Under the pieces are notes generated by a model. The model ran no database searches. It saw only the letters and a list, made by a program, of their open reading frames with translations, and was not told the origin of the DNA. DNA of 64,000 nucleotides, taken from assembly GCF_009914755.1 (NCBI RefSeq), contig NC_060933.1, one strand, 5' to 3'. Positions 44,938 through 57,751 of this stretch are shown in pieces. Position 1 is the stretch's first letter; every line of letters starts with the position of its first letter. The DNA comes from the human T2T-CHM13v2.0 reference genome, Homo sapiens. The translations under genes were made by a program, and so were the position numbers.

Positions 44938-45465
44938 TTGTTTTATTCAGTGTTCTCTTTAGAAACTGAATGAATAGGATATATATATATCACAGATTGA
45001 TAATCAGCGATTTACTATGAGGCATTAAATGGCTCACATGATTACAGAGACTGAGGAGTCTCATGATCTTGCACCTGTAAGCTGGAGGCTCAGGAAAGCC
45101 AGTGGTGTTTCAGTCCAAACCCAAAGGCCTGAGAACCAGGGAAGCCAACGGTGTAAGTCCTAGCCCAAACCTGAAAATCCAAGCACCAGGAGCACCAATG
45201 TTCAAGGACAGAAAAAAGATGGAAGTCTCAGTCTAACAGAAAGGAAGTTTGTTCTTCCTCACCCTTGTGTTCTATTCAGGTCCTCACTGGATTGGAAGAA
45301 GTGATGCCTGCCCAAATTGGTGAGGTAAATCTTCTTTATTCAGCCTAATGACCCCAGTTCTAATCTTTTCTGGATACAGTCTCACAAAACTTTCTCCAGA
45401 ATATTTTACCAGCTATCTGGGCATCTCTTACCCCAGGCAAGTTGACATATGAAATTCACCATCAC
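44938..45465 (-). mobile_element. MLT2B-like (ERVL) solo LTR
   Basis: GGCTCACATGATTACAGAGACTGAG, CCAAAGGCCTGAGAACCAGGG, terminal CAAGTTGACATATGAAATTCACCATCAC. Confidence 0.88.
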
Positions 45466-46104
45466 TGAAGTACTGCTCAACTTGATGATCGTTGATAGAC
45501 TGAAAACAACTCTGAAAAGTAAGGTTTCTCAAATGAGAACTCTGACCAGCAGCACTGTCAAATAACCATGGAGGACTTGTCAGTGTACATGTCACCAACC
45601 CTCACCCTTTCAAACAAAAATATCTGAAGACTTATATACTTTGTGTATAATGGGACATGAGTTGAGAAACACCTCGTGGAACAGAAGAGAAATAAGAAAA
45701 ACAACTGTTCATTTCCCTCTGAGTCGAACAGTGGGTACCCTGTACACTGCTACTGTAATGGACTTTTATTGTGTAAGCACTCCTTTCCTATCCCTTCTGT
45801 TTGAAAAGGAAAAACTGATGATAACTATTAGTTAACATTCTACATGCTCCATGAGGAGGCAGGTATAAATACCAGGTACAAGTACTAAAATACACTCAAT
45901 ATTACCACTTCAGCTTCATTGATTCAATTAAATGTATTAAATATTAATGTGTCAAGCAAGTTGTGTTGCCTTTTTGATTTTCAGATCTGATTCTATGCTG
46001 GGCCTTGCCTCCCACACTTGGTCTCTCTTCCTGTTCTTTGGCTGTAAGTGTACAAATTCTATAATCTGGAAGAAATCTCAAAATTGTCTTGTTCTTTGCT
46101 TATG

Positions 46105-46751
46105 CCCTGCTGGCGGGAATGTAAATTAGTTTGGCTATTTCAGAAAGCAATTTGGCAATTTACGAAAGAACTTAAAACAAAATTACCATTTGACCCATCA
46201 ATCCCATTATTGGGTATATACCCAGAGGAAAATAAATCATTTTACCATAGAGACACATGCACACATATGTTCACTGCAGCATTATTCACAAAAGCAAAAA
46301 CATGGAATCAACCTACATGCCCATCAGCAGCAGACTGGATAAAGAAAATGTGGTATATATAAACCATGGAATACCATGCAGCCATAAAAAATAATAAGAT
46401 CATGTCCTTTATAGCAACATGGATAAATCTGGAGGCCATTATCCTAAGCAAACTAACACAGGAACAGAAAAGCAAACACCACATGTTCTCACTTATAAGT
46501 GGGAGCTAAACATCGAGTACATATAGACAAAAAAAAAGGGGGAGGAACACCAGACACTGGGGCCTACTTGAGGGCTGAGACTGGGAAGAAGGTGAGGATC
46601 CTGTACAAGTACTAAAACTTACCTATTGGGTGCTATGCTTATTACTTAGGTGATGAAATAATTTGTACATCAAATCCACACGACATGCAGGTTACCTATA
46701 TAACAAACCTGCACATGTACCCCTGAACTTAAAATAAAAGTTTAGAAAAAA
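46105..46751 (+). mobile_element. L1PA15/16-like 3' fragment
   Basis: ORF2 C-terminus (LPFDPSIPLLGIYPEE...KTWNQPTCPS) and 3' UTR ending CCTGAACTTAAAATAAAAGTT; TCTTGTTCT on both flanks (probable TSD). Confidence 0.9.
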
Positions 46752-47264
46752 TTCTTGTTCTGGCATAGTCAGAATATCCCTATTTTTCTTCTTATATGAA
46801 TCATAGCTAAAACAGAAGATTTCTTTATGATCTTAGATCCAGTGCAGCAATTATGCTTTTAACTATTAAAGAACAGAAACTTAATACCTAGAAGTCAGGT
46901 GTACGCTCTGACTTCCTCTAAGATTTCAGTGATATAGAGTGTTGTCAGTGAATTTTAGATAAATATTCTGCTTTGGACAATATTGGAAACCAGACAATAT
47001 AGAAAATGTTGATAGTTAAAAAGAATCTGCACATACGAGGAAAGCATAACATACATAGTATAATCTGCATAGTAGCTCTTTTAAGTCAGAAACAGAGTTC
47101 ATTGTTCATGAGGCCAGAGTATTTTATATAGGAACAATCTTCCCAAAGATAATAAAATAATAAAATAAAAGTTTGGACAAAATATAAAAATTATTTGAAG
47201 CACTGTAAAATTATGAAAACTAAATAGAAAACCATGTAAGGGGGTTGTCTTAAAAAGAAGGGAA

Positions 47265-47832
47265 TGTGTTTTCTATTGTTATATAACAAATTCCCAAAAA
47301 CGTAGCAGCTAAAAACAATATCCATTTATCATCTCACATTTCTGGAGGTCAGAGTTCTGGGCAAAACATGACTGGTTCTCTGTTCAGGTTTTCCCAGGAC
47401 TGATGTCAAGGCATCAGCCAGCTATGTTCTCTCCTGGAGGTCAGTGCCCTCCTTCAGGCCTATGGTGATACCATTCCATTTCTTGCTAGTTGTCATCTGA
47501 AAATTGCTTTGAGCTTTAAATGCTGCCTTATGTCCCTTCCACATAAATCGCTCCATTTTGAAGACAAACAATTGAGAACTTTTTGTACATAAAATCCTAC
47601 CTATGCTTCAAATCTCTTTCTCTAGGAAAAGCTCTAGTCTTTTTTAAAGGCTCATCTGATTAGGTCAGGTCCTCCAACATTAATAATCCTTTCTTAAGGT
47701 TAGCAATACCATATGCCATAACCTAAGCACAGAAGTGATATCCCATGATATTCTCAGTCCCAGGAATAATGCAGGGCATATACACCATGGGGCAAGAATC
47801 TTGGGAGCCATCTCAAAAGTCTGCCTACCACA
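47265..47832 (-). mobile_element. MLT1E-like MaLR solo LTR
   Basis: TTTTCTATTG...TAACAAATT...ATTTATCATCTCACA...; ends GGGAGCCATCTCAAAAGTCTGCCTACCACA. Confidence 0.8.
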
Positions 47833-48092
47833 GAACCACTCTGGGTAAATGATCATTTATACAACTCTATTTTTTTTTTCCCATGAAAGTAATGTGTAGA
47901 ACCCAAGAATGTTGGGTAGTTATATCTCAAGTAGAAAACCAAACATTTTATTAGCTTGAAGTATAAAAGAACAGATTTCAGAACTCTTCGAACAGCTAGA
48001 ACTTGAGAAGGCAATTTTCAGAAAAAAAAAAAAATGAGCCACAAAAAGGAACAAAATATCTACACATCAACTCCTGTGAAATTTTTAGTTGA

Positions 48093-48795
48093 CCCTTTAT
48101 TTTGTCTGTTGATATGGTGAACAGCACTGATTGATTTTTAAATGTTGAATCATCCTTGTGTTCCTGCGATAGACTTTACTTGATCATAATGTATTATCAA
48201 GTTCATATATTTCTGAATTTGATTTAATAATATTGTGTTGAGGAGTTTTATGTGTATGTTCATGAGGGACACTGATCTATAGTTTTCTTGAAAAATCATA
48301 TCTCATTTGCTATTATGGTTATATTAACCTCATAAAATGAGTTAGGAATTGCTTCCTCTTCATCCATTGTCTAGAAAAGATTATGAATAATTGGTGCCAT
48401 TTCTTTCTTAAATGCTTGACAAAATGTGCTAGTGAAGTCATATTAATCTTCAGTTTTCTTTTATAAAAAAAGATTTTTGGCTGGGCACAGTGGCTCACAC
48501 CTGTAATCCCAGCACTTTGGGAGCCTGCAGTGGGTGGATCACAAGGTCAGGAGTTCAAGACCAGCCTGGCCAACATGGTGAAGCCCCGTCTCTACTAAAA
48601 ATACAAAAATTAGCCAGGCGTGGTGGCAGGCACCTGTAACCCAGCTGTTTGGGAGGCTGAGGCAGAGAATTGCTTGAACCTGGGAGGCGGAGGTTGCAGT
48701 GAGCCAAGATTGCACCACTGCACTCCAGCCTGGGCAACAGAGTGAGACTTTGTCTCAAAAAAAAAAAAAAAAAAGATTTTTAACTACAAGTTCAT
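48093..48795 (-). mobile_element. Old L1M ORF2 remnant hosting an Alu
   Basis: TTGATTTTTAAATGTTGAATCATCCTTG...TATGTTCATGAGGGACACTG...CCTCATAAAATGAGTT. Confidence 0.75.
48479..48774 (+). mobile_element. AluSg-like
   Basis: Full dimer; TSD AAAAAAAGATTTTT at 48465-48478 and 48768-48781. Confidence 0.94.
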
Positions 48796-48829
48796 TCTGA
48801 ATGCCTCACATATTTAATCAGTTCTCTCA

Positions 48830-49320
48830 ATTCTGGCTAGTTGAAAATCAAATAACTTCCAGCACTGAGCCACCTGTTGTAATTGTTTAGTTTACAATTC
48901 CTCGGTTCTTGTTTCTTCCCCAGTCTGATAGAGTCCCACACACTCAGCTTAGAATTCAGTCAACTACTCAAGGAGATCCAGACTGAAATTTCTGGGGCTC
49001 ATTATTTGTGTAACATCCTATTCTCTGATACTCTGCTTCATTAATTTCATACACCTCAGGCTCTTCAAATTCTCAACTTTGTCTCTTGAGCTCAGCAAGG
49101 CCTCCATACTCTACTTGGGATCACTTTGCTAAGGTTGGGCTTCAGAAGTTGCTTCCAGGTAAAAACCATGAGCCACTTTCAGGCATCGTATTTCTTAGTT
49201 GCTTGTTGCTCAATGTCTGAAAATAGCTGTTTCATGTAGTTTGTCCAGAGATTTAGCTGTTTACGTAAAGAGCTTTAATACAGTACCAATTGCTATCTGA
49301 TGGCCAGAAGAGAAAGTCTC
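48830..49320 (-). mobile_element. Ancient L1M (L1ME/MD) 5'-region remnant
   Basis: AATTTCTGGGGCTC...CTCAGCAAGGCC...AATGTCTGAAAATAGCTGTTTCATGTAGTTTGTCCAG...ATGGCCAGAAGAGAAAGTC, recalled as an L1M 5' end. Confidence 0.5.
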
Positions 49321-50673
49321 TTACTGATTTATAGTATTTTCAAATAGCCTGACTATTAATATAACATTTGATAATTTTAGTTATAGCATTAAATTTAAAT
49401 TAATATCAAGTGGTAGTCCCACACACTTGAACTGAGCTGCCCCTCCTTTGGGCTAAACATTGAACTTTCCATATTCACAGCAAGGTCAATACCCTCTTGA
49501 TCGAAACCCTCATTTGGCATAATCCAGAAAAAAATTCCTAAAACTGGAACCTAAGACCATTCTTTTTCAGCCCTTATGTGCATCTTCTATTGTCCAAGAC
49601 TATACACTACCATGGTCAACAGGCAGCATTTGGAGGGAAACACTCATCGCATACCCTCCGCATCTGATAAAGCTCCCAGCTTCCATTAGTCCCTGCTCTG
49701 CCAACATTAGCACCAGTGTTATTACTATCTGCTTTGAAATTTGCAGGATTAATCCATTCATACCCTGCTTTTCTGTTTATAAATTACCCCCATGAAATCC
49801 CAAACTCCCTTGTCAGTCAGTCCTCTTTCCCTATATTCTATTCCTCATGTGATTCTGTAGACTGTCTTTTCTGATTCATCTCTTACTCTTTGACAACTAC
49901 TGAAACCTGTCTTTCATATTCTCTGGAACTCGCAGTTTATCATTGACAAAACCATCCATATTCTTACCTTATTTCTCTATGATTCATTTAGCTTTTTATG
50001 TTACCTGAGAGCTAGGTATTTCTTGAAGATACTGTTTCCACTATAGCCCTGCTAAGTATTGAATCTTTTTATTTCCATACCACATTTTCTCACTATTTTT
50101 TAAGGTAGGAATGTGTATTACTACTCCTTAGCCTCATTTTTAGATCACTTTATCGCCTTTCTTTCTAAAAACTTTCATAGCTTTGAATTTCATGTCACAG
50201 GATTAAGATAACCAAATACTTCTAATTTTAGTCATTGTTAGAATTTAAGGCCATTCTCCTCCTCATTTCTTAAATATATTAACTCCTAAATTACTGTCAC
50301 TGTCTCCTACATGACACCAGTTCTATTTCTCAGAGATATCAATAAATGTCTAGATGATCTGTCCAATACTCTGGCCTATTGATCCTTGAACTTCTCTCCT
50401 CCAGTGATTTCATTCTCCACCTAATTTCAGCCCTTACTTTCATGAGCATTCATAGAAGGTATCATTTCCAATATCTTCAATGATTTCACAACCTCAATTT
50501 CCAACATTAAATTCTGTGAGCACCACCTCCTTTCTATCTCAGTAGAAACAGTCAACTCTACTGAAACCTGCAATATATTGATATCACCAATTTTAATTCC
50601 CCCTCATCCCCTTATTTCCTCCACCTTACACAATTAAATTCAGTAGTTAAATATTTCAAGCTTTTTGCAAATA

Positions 50674-51332
50674 CAGTAGTACCCACCTCACCGCCCCCCC
50701 CCACCCCCCGCCCCATATTCACAGAGGATACTTGTTGAAGTCTTTGAATAGGCTCAATGCTTTCTGATGCAACACGATGCCGTCAATTGGAACACATTTC
50801 TGTTCATGCCTTCCACCTGCTAATTTAATGTCTTTACCATCTTAATTAAGCACTTACTACACACTGTGACCGTAATGTTTGCAGTTTAGGGTGCACCAGC
50901 AAAACTAACACAGATTTATTTTTCCTTCTTCACAATTTAATGAATGCATTTGTTCTAACTGTAGAGCTTAGCAATCTCAACCCATGACTTTTTTTTAGTA
51001 AGTCAAGAACTTTCACAATTTCACTTAAAGAAAGCACTTCACTCAGCTTCTCTTTGGCATATCCAATATCACAAGAGTTGATCTCACCAAGACAGCTACT
51101 AAGTGACAAAGTGAGTAGCATAGACGGTGTGGATCTGCTAGACAAAGGGAGGATTCACGTCCTGCATAAGACAGAAAAGGATGGTGTGAGATTTTGTTAC
51201 ATTTCTCATAATGGTGCACAATTTAAACTTTACGAATTGTTTATTTATTAAATTTTCCATTCAAAATTTTTAGAACACTGTTGTGGGTAAATGGAACTGG
51301 AAAGTTAAACCGGACATAAGGGGGAACTACTC
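50674..51332 (-). mobile_element. MER44/Tigger7 (TcMar-Tigger) internally deleted DNA transposon
   Basis: TIRs CAGTAGTACCC...ATAAGGGGGAACTACT(C), TA on both sides; minus-strand ORF EVLSLSEIVKVLDLLKK resembles the Tigger transposase N-terminal HTH. Confidence 0.85.
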
Positions 51333-51504
51333 TATCCTCAATTCTCTCACCCTTCCTTTTCTTCATATAACTATGCTGATAAAACCACTTCTTTGGTTAA
51401 ATCCAAATCACCACACCATTGTAGCCAAATATAGCTGGGGAAAAGCCAAAATCATATTGACTAGCCTTGCTTTTGGTTCATGATCATGGCCTTTATTGAT
51501 ATTT

Positions 51505-51573
51505 ACTGTAGGAATGTCAGGACCACCAAAGGTAAATTGGCTCTGTCCTGGGCAAATTGGGATGTATGGTCAC
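51505..51573. mobile_element. MER81/MER94-like (hAT-Blackjack) terminal fragment
   Basis: CTGTCCTGGGCAAATTGGGATGTATGGTCAC matches the recalled Blackjack-family terminus. Confidence 0.5.
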
Positions 51574-53082
51574 GAAAATGTCTGATGATTTGTCCATGCT
51601 ATTGCCTGGGTCAACTGGGCCTCTTTTGTGTAATTAACCTCACTTACTCAAGGTCTTCACTGAAATAATCCCTATTCCATTCCTGGTAATTTTCTTTCTA
51701 CAGAGGACTGTTATTTCCAAGGACCTTACATTAGTAAATCTGATGACCAGTTATCACTGTTCTTATAGCTGTACTTCTCAGCAGCATTTGACACATTTGG
51801 CCATTCTCCTTTTTGAAACACTTTTTTTCACGTGACAACCTGAACACTGCACACTTATGGATGTCTCCCTGCTTCACTAGCTACCTTTTTTTCAGAATCA
51901 TTTGCTGGTTTCTCTTGCCAGACTTCTCCAGTTTCAGAGAAGTCTGCCCTGTGGTCCTCTTACTTTCTGTACCAACATGCCAACATTTCACGACTTCATT
52001 CTGGTTCTTGGTGTTAAGCATGATCTAAATGTTGACAATTTCACATTGGTGTCTCCAGATAAGCTCTGTCTCCTCAAAACCAAAACTATTCATATCTACT
52101 TGGATTCAAAAGGGCATCAAAATTTAACATTAATATTTTCAAATCTGAACTCTTGATCTTCTCCTCAAAACTGTTACTAGCTCAATCAGTTCCTGTCTTT
52201 GTTAATAGAAATCTTTTATTTTTCACACCAAAAACTTAGTGTTTAACTTTCCTTTTCCCTTTCATTCTATTTTAAAATCCATCACAAAGTCATATTCATT
52301 CTAACTTCAAAATATATCAAGAGTGCGACCACATATTCCCACTCCCACTGTTACTATCCTCTCCTAACTCAGCATCATTTCTAGTCCAGACATACCAATA
52401 GGTCATCCTGCTGCCTTCCTTCTTCAAAATATGGTTTATTCAACATGGCATCTTCACAATTTTTTAAACCTAAAATATTGTCAATAGCCTGCTCAATATC
52501 TTTTGAAGGATTCCTTTTTGACTCAGAGCAAAAGTTAAAATCCTTAGGATGCCCAACCAGTTCCTTCAGTGGCCTTGATGCCACCTGCCATTACCTCTCT
52601 GACATCATTAATACTCCCCAGATCTTCTACTTCAGTTACAATTGCTGTTTCCCAAACATATTCAGAATTTTTCTCCCTCAGAGTGCTTGCACTTGCTCTT
52701 CCTTTTACAAGGAATCATTTTCTTCCAGATATCCACAGACTTTATTTTTAAAATCACCTTCACATCTTTGCTTACATTTCACTTTTTCAGGAGATACATT
52801 TATTGTATTTACATCCATTAAAAATGTAGTTTCCTTAATAGAAATTTTTTTGAATTTTTCTCTTTCCAGTACCTAGTGAGTTATTAATAAATATTCATTG
52901 AAAAAATAAATGAGTTAACTAATTCAACATTTTTCTGCCTCACAGAAGACCCTGATAGCTTCATTATCTTACCATATAAAACAACATTTGATCTTATAGT
53001 AGTCAACAACATAGTCTAAATTTAGCCCAAAATAACTGAAACAAACATGTAGTTCAAAGTCCAAACAAAAATATGTTTTATT

Positions 53083-55346
53083 AGCTATATGGGCTCTTTT
53101 TTGGTTCCATATGAAATTTAAAGTAGTTTTTTTCTAATTCTGTGAAGAAAGTCAATGGTAGCTTGATAGGAATAGCTTTGAATCTATAGATTACTTTAGG
53201 TAGTATGGCCATTTTCATGATATTGATTCTTTCCATCCATGAGCATGCAATGTTTTTCCATTTGTTTGTGTCCTCCTGTTTCCTTGAGCAGTGGTTTGTA
53301 GTTCTCCTTGAAGAGGTCCTTCACATCCCTTGTAAGTTGTATTCCTAGGTATTTCATTCTGTTTGTAGCAATTGTTAATGGGAGTTTACTCATGATTTGG
53401 CTCTATTATCGGTGTATAGGAATGCTTTTGATTTTTGCACACTGATTTTGTATTCTGAGACTTTGATGAAGTTGCTTATCAGCTTAAGGAGTTTGGGGGC
53501 TGAGATGATGGGGCTTTCTAAATATACAATTTTCATCTGCAAACAGAGACAGTTTGACTTCCTCTCTTCCTATTTGAATACCCTTTATTTCTTTCTCTTG
53601 CATAATTTCCCTGACCAGAACTTCCAATACTATGTTGAATAGGAGTGGTGAGAGAGGGTGTCCTTGTCTTCTGCTGGTTTTCAATGGGAATGCTTCCAGC
53701 TTTCACCCATTCAGTATGATTTTGGCTGTGGTTTGCCATAAATCACTTTTATTATATTGAGATAACGTTCCATAAATAACTAGTTTATTGAGTGTTTTTA
53801 GCTTGAATTATATCGAAGGCCTTTTCTGCATCTATTGAGGTAATCATGTGTTTCTTGTCATTGGTTCTGTTTAAGTGATGGATTACATTTGCAATCCTAA
53901 GCAAAAAGAACAAAGCTGGAGGCATCATGCTACCTGACTTCAAACTACACTACAAGGCTACAGTAACCAAAACAGCATGGTACTGGTACCAAAACAGATA
54001 TATAGACCAATGGAACAGAACAGAGGCTTCAGAAGTAGCACCACACATCTACAACCATCTTTTGACAAACCTGACAAAAATAAGCAATGGGGAAAGGGTT
54101 CCCTGTTTAATAAATGGTGTTGGGAAAACTGGCCAGCCATATGCAGAAAACTGAAACTGGCCCCCTACCTTAAACGTCATACAAAAATCAACTCAAGAAA
54201 GATTAAAGATTTAAACATTAGACCTACAACCATAAAAACCCTAGAAAAAATGCCTAGGCAATAACATTCATGGCATTGGGCAAAGACTTCATGACTAAAA
54301 CACCAAAAGCATGGCAACAAAAGCCAAAATTGATAAATGGGATCTAATTAAACTAAAGAGCTTCTGCACAGCTAAAGAAACTATCATCAGAGTGAACAGG
54401 CAATCTACAAAATGGAGGAAAAATTTTGCAATCTATCCATCTGACAAAGGGCTAATATCCAGAATCTACAAGTAATTTAAACAAATTTACAAGAAAAAAC
54501 CAACAACCCCACCAAAAAGTGGGTGAAGGATATGAACAGACACTTCTCAAAGGAAGACATTTATGTAGATAACAAACATGAAAAAAAAGCTCATCATCAC
54601 TGGTCATTAGAGAAATGCAAATCAAAACCACAAGGAGATACCATCTCATGCCAGTTAGAATGGCAATCATTAAAAAGTCAGGAAACAACATATACTGGAG
54701 AGGATGTGGAGAAATAGGAAAGCTTTTACACTGTTGGCAGGAGTGTAAATTAGTTCAACCATTGTGGAAGACACTGGCGATTCCTCAAGGCTTTAGAACT
54801 GGAAACACCATTTGATCCAGCAATCCTATTACTGGGTAGATACCCAAAGGATTATAAATCATTCTACTATAAAGACACATGCACATGTATGTTTACTGCA
54901 ACACTATTCACAATAGCAAAAACCTGGAATCAACCCAAATGCTCATCAATGATAGACTACATAAAGAAAATGTGGCAAATATACACCATGGAATACTATG
55001 CAGCCATAAAAAAGATGAGCTCATGTCCTTTGCAGGGACATGGATGAAGCTGGAAACCATCATTCTCAGCAAACTAACACAGAAACAGAAAACCAAATAC
55101 CGCAGGTTCTCACTCATAAGTGGGAGTTGAACAATTAGAACATAAGGACACAGGGAGGGGTACATTGCACATGGGGGCCTGCCAGGTGGTGGGGTGCAAA
55201 GGGAGGGATAGCATTAGGAGAAATATCTAATGTAGATGACGGGTTGATGCCATGGCAAACCGCCATGGCACATGTATACCTATGTAACAAACCTGCATGT
55301 TCTGCACATGTATCCCAGGACTTAAAGTATAATTAAAAAAAAAAAA
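53083..55346 (+). mobile_element. L1PA7-like insertion, 5'-truncated with 5' inversion (twin priming)
   Basis: Minus-strand ORF2 at 53083-53890, plus-strand ORF2 to 3' UTR and poly(A) at 53891-55346; the arms are nearly contiguous in L1 coordinates (..GAGCCCATATAGC | GCAATCCTAAGC..). Confidence 0.95.
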
Positions 55347-55454
55347 GAAGAACATAATGCAAAAAAGAAACATATGGGCTTTGTATATGAGACCATGATC
55401 CTAATGAATCTCAGAAAATAGTAACTTTTTAAATTAATAAATATTTTTCTCCCT
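55347..55454 (+). other. Probable L1 3' transduction
   Basis: Non-L1 sequence between the L1 poly(A) and the 3' TSD copy (CAAAAATATGTTTTATT at 55455-55471, identical to 53066-53082); AATAAA at 55436-55441. Confidence 0.8.
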
Positions 55455-57382
55455 CAAAAATATGTTTTATTTTTGGAGGGATTAGAACAAAGAAATCCTT
55501 AATGGAGGTGACAGTTTATCATTTCAGACAGCTCCTACTTGTTTTCTCCTACTGTCACACAGATACAAAATCAAGGGCCAAATTTCAAATATAAGGTCTA
55601 TACCCAATGCAAATCAGATCTGAAGATTTTGTTTATTCCATTTTAAGTTCTGAACCAAAATTTAATGAATAAAACATTTACTTATATTTCATGAAATGCC
55701 AGATTAGGCAACCACAATGGCAGGCATTCTTATTGTTAATTGCACAAGAATCCTTTCTTTGGTTATTCAAAATGCAGATTCTCTGACACCACCTCTAGAG
55801 AATTTACTCAGTTTTAAGCAGGGACCAGTAATTTGCATTTCTAACAATCAACTCAGTTACTTATGATCAGCCAAGTAGTATAACATATTGAGAAAGTCTG
55901 ACATAAGGGTTTGAAAACAGAACCCACTATCAATATATAGTGATTATTTACTGAGTATGCCTGTTATTTTTCTAAAGAATTCATGGTTATAGCACACAGC
56001 AAGTTAAAGACAAATAAATTGTTATCTCATCCTTGTATTTTTTATTAAGGACATGTTTAAAAATAACATGATACATAATTACCAGGGAAAATGTAAACTG
56101 TGTTAATTATCAACTATTTATTTAATTATTGATGATAATTAGAAATTAAAATCAACCCACCTTTCTAAAGTTGATATTTCTATATAGCAACTCCACTCAA
56201 AAGTACATCACTTACTTTAAAGCACAACAAGCCATATCCCATCCAGTCATCCATAGGGGTAACATTACACTCAATTAGAAAGCAGCATATTATTAATAAT
56301 CAAAAAGATTGTTTTGGAATAGTAAACTATTGAGAATCAATATGGAATATCAAAAGGAATAAGGAACTTCAATTAATAGTGTTCGTTCTGACACTGACAA
56401 GACATTTTCTCTGTAAAATCAATAAGCTTCACTAAATATTTTCTAAGATTCTCTCCTTATTCAAGGATTTATCTCGAAAATAATGTGTTTACAAATCAAG
56501 GAAAGAAATTCTTGAAAAATTTTATCAAAATTTTAAAATAAACACTGGTACATAGAAGAAATAGTTTTAGAAATCTGGAGGATTAATTTCTCAGGAAGTT
56601 TCATTTCATTCCTTATAATTCTGAGTACAGAAGATCTCATGATATATTTATACAAACAAATTAATAGTATAAGTTCATATTCTTCATAATCATAGACATT
56701 TTCCAGAGAAATAAAATGTATTCGTAAAACGTATCATGACCTCTCTGATATTGTCAGCAACCTAGCATTGATTCTCAGAGACCACAAACAGTTTGAATCC
56801 AAATGTTTAAATTTTTTTCACTTCAGAACCAAATCAGTCTCAGTTTATTTTAGAAGGCCTAATCTGTGTACTTGACCTTTAGATAAGAACTTGTAAAAAT
56901 CTGTTCAATTGATTGCATTAAAAAATAAAACAGAGGAAAATCAACAACCCTAACTGCATCAAACCTGGTTTGCCATATAGTTTATACTAATATGATTCCT
57001 ACATGTATATAGAACATTAAGTTTAAGAAAATCTCTATATGAGCCTCCTTAAAATAATATACTGCATTTTTATCGTTCACTTCTAAATTCCTAGTGACTA
57101 TACTAGACAATTATTAATGGTGATTATGCATTAATGAATTACTATCCAATAACCACCAATGACCATTATTTTGCCTTTTTTGAAACAATTTTTGGCAGAA
57201 ATGTCAGAATTTGTAGATGTATTGAAGCTTTCCTTCTCTCAGGAGTCTCTGACATATCAGTTGGCAAGGTGATCTGGAAATATTTGGAACTTGATATCTA
57301 AAAACTATAAAAACTATAAGACGTCAAATACATGCTCCCAAAGTATAATATTTGTAACAATTTGTAAAAGTAGTGCTGAGTT

Positions 57383-57751
<369 letters not shown>

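Larger units (their letters stand above)
49890..52920 (+). mobile_element. Long L2 remnant (ORF2 to 3' end), interrupted by DNA transposons
   Basis: C/T-rich L2 motifs in order (TGAAACCTG, GATCCTTGAACTTCTCTCCTCCAGTGA, CTCAGCAGCATTTGACACA, GACTCAGAGCAAAAG) ending TAATAAATATTCATTGAA. Confidence 0.65.

Noticed and set aside
52445-52876. 143-aa ORF
   Set aside because: Lies within the L2 3' region, is F/S-rich, and has no recognisable domain or ATG-initiated gene context.
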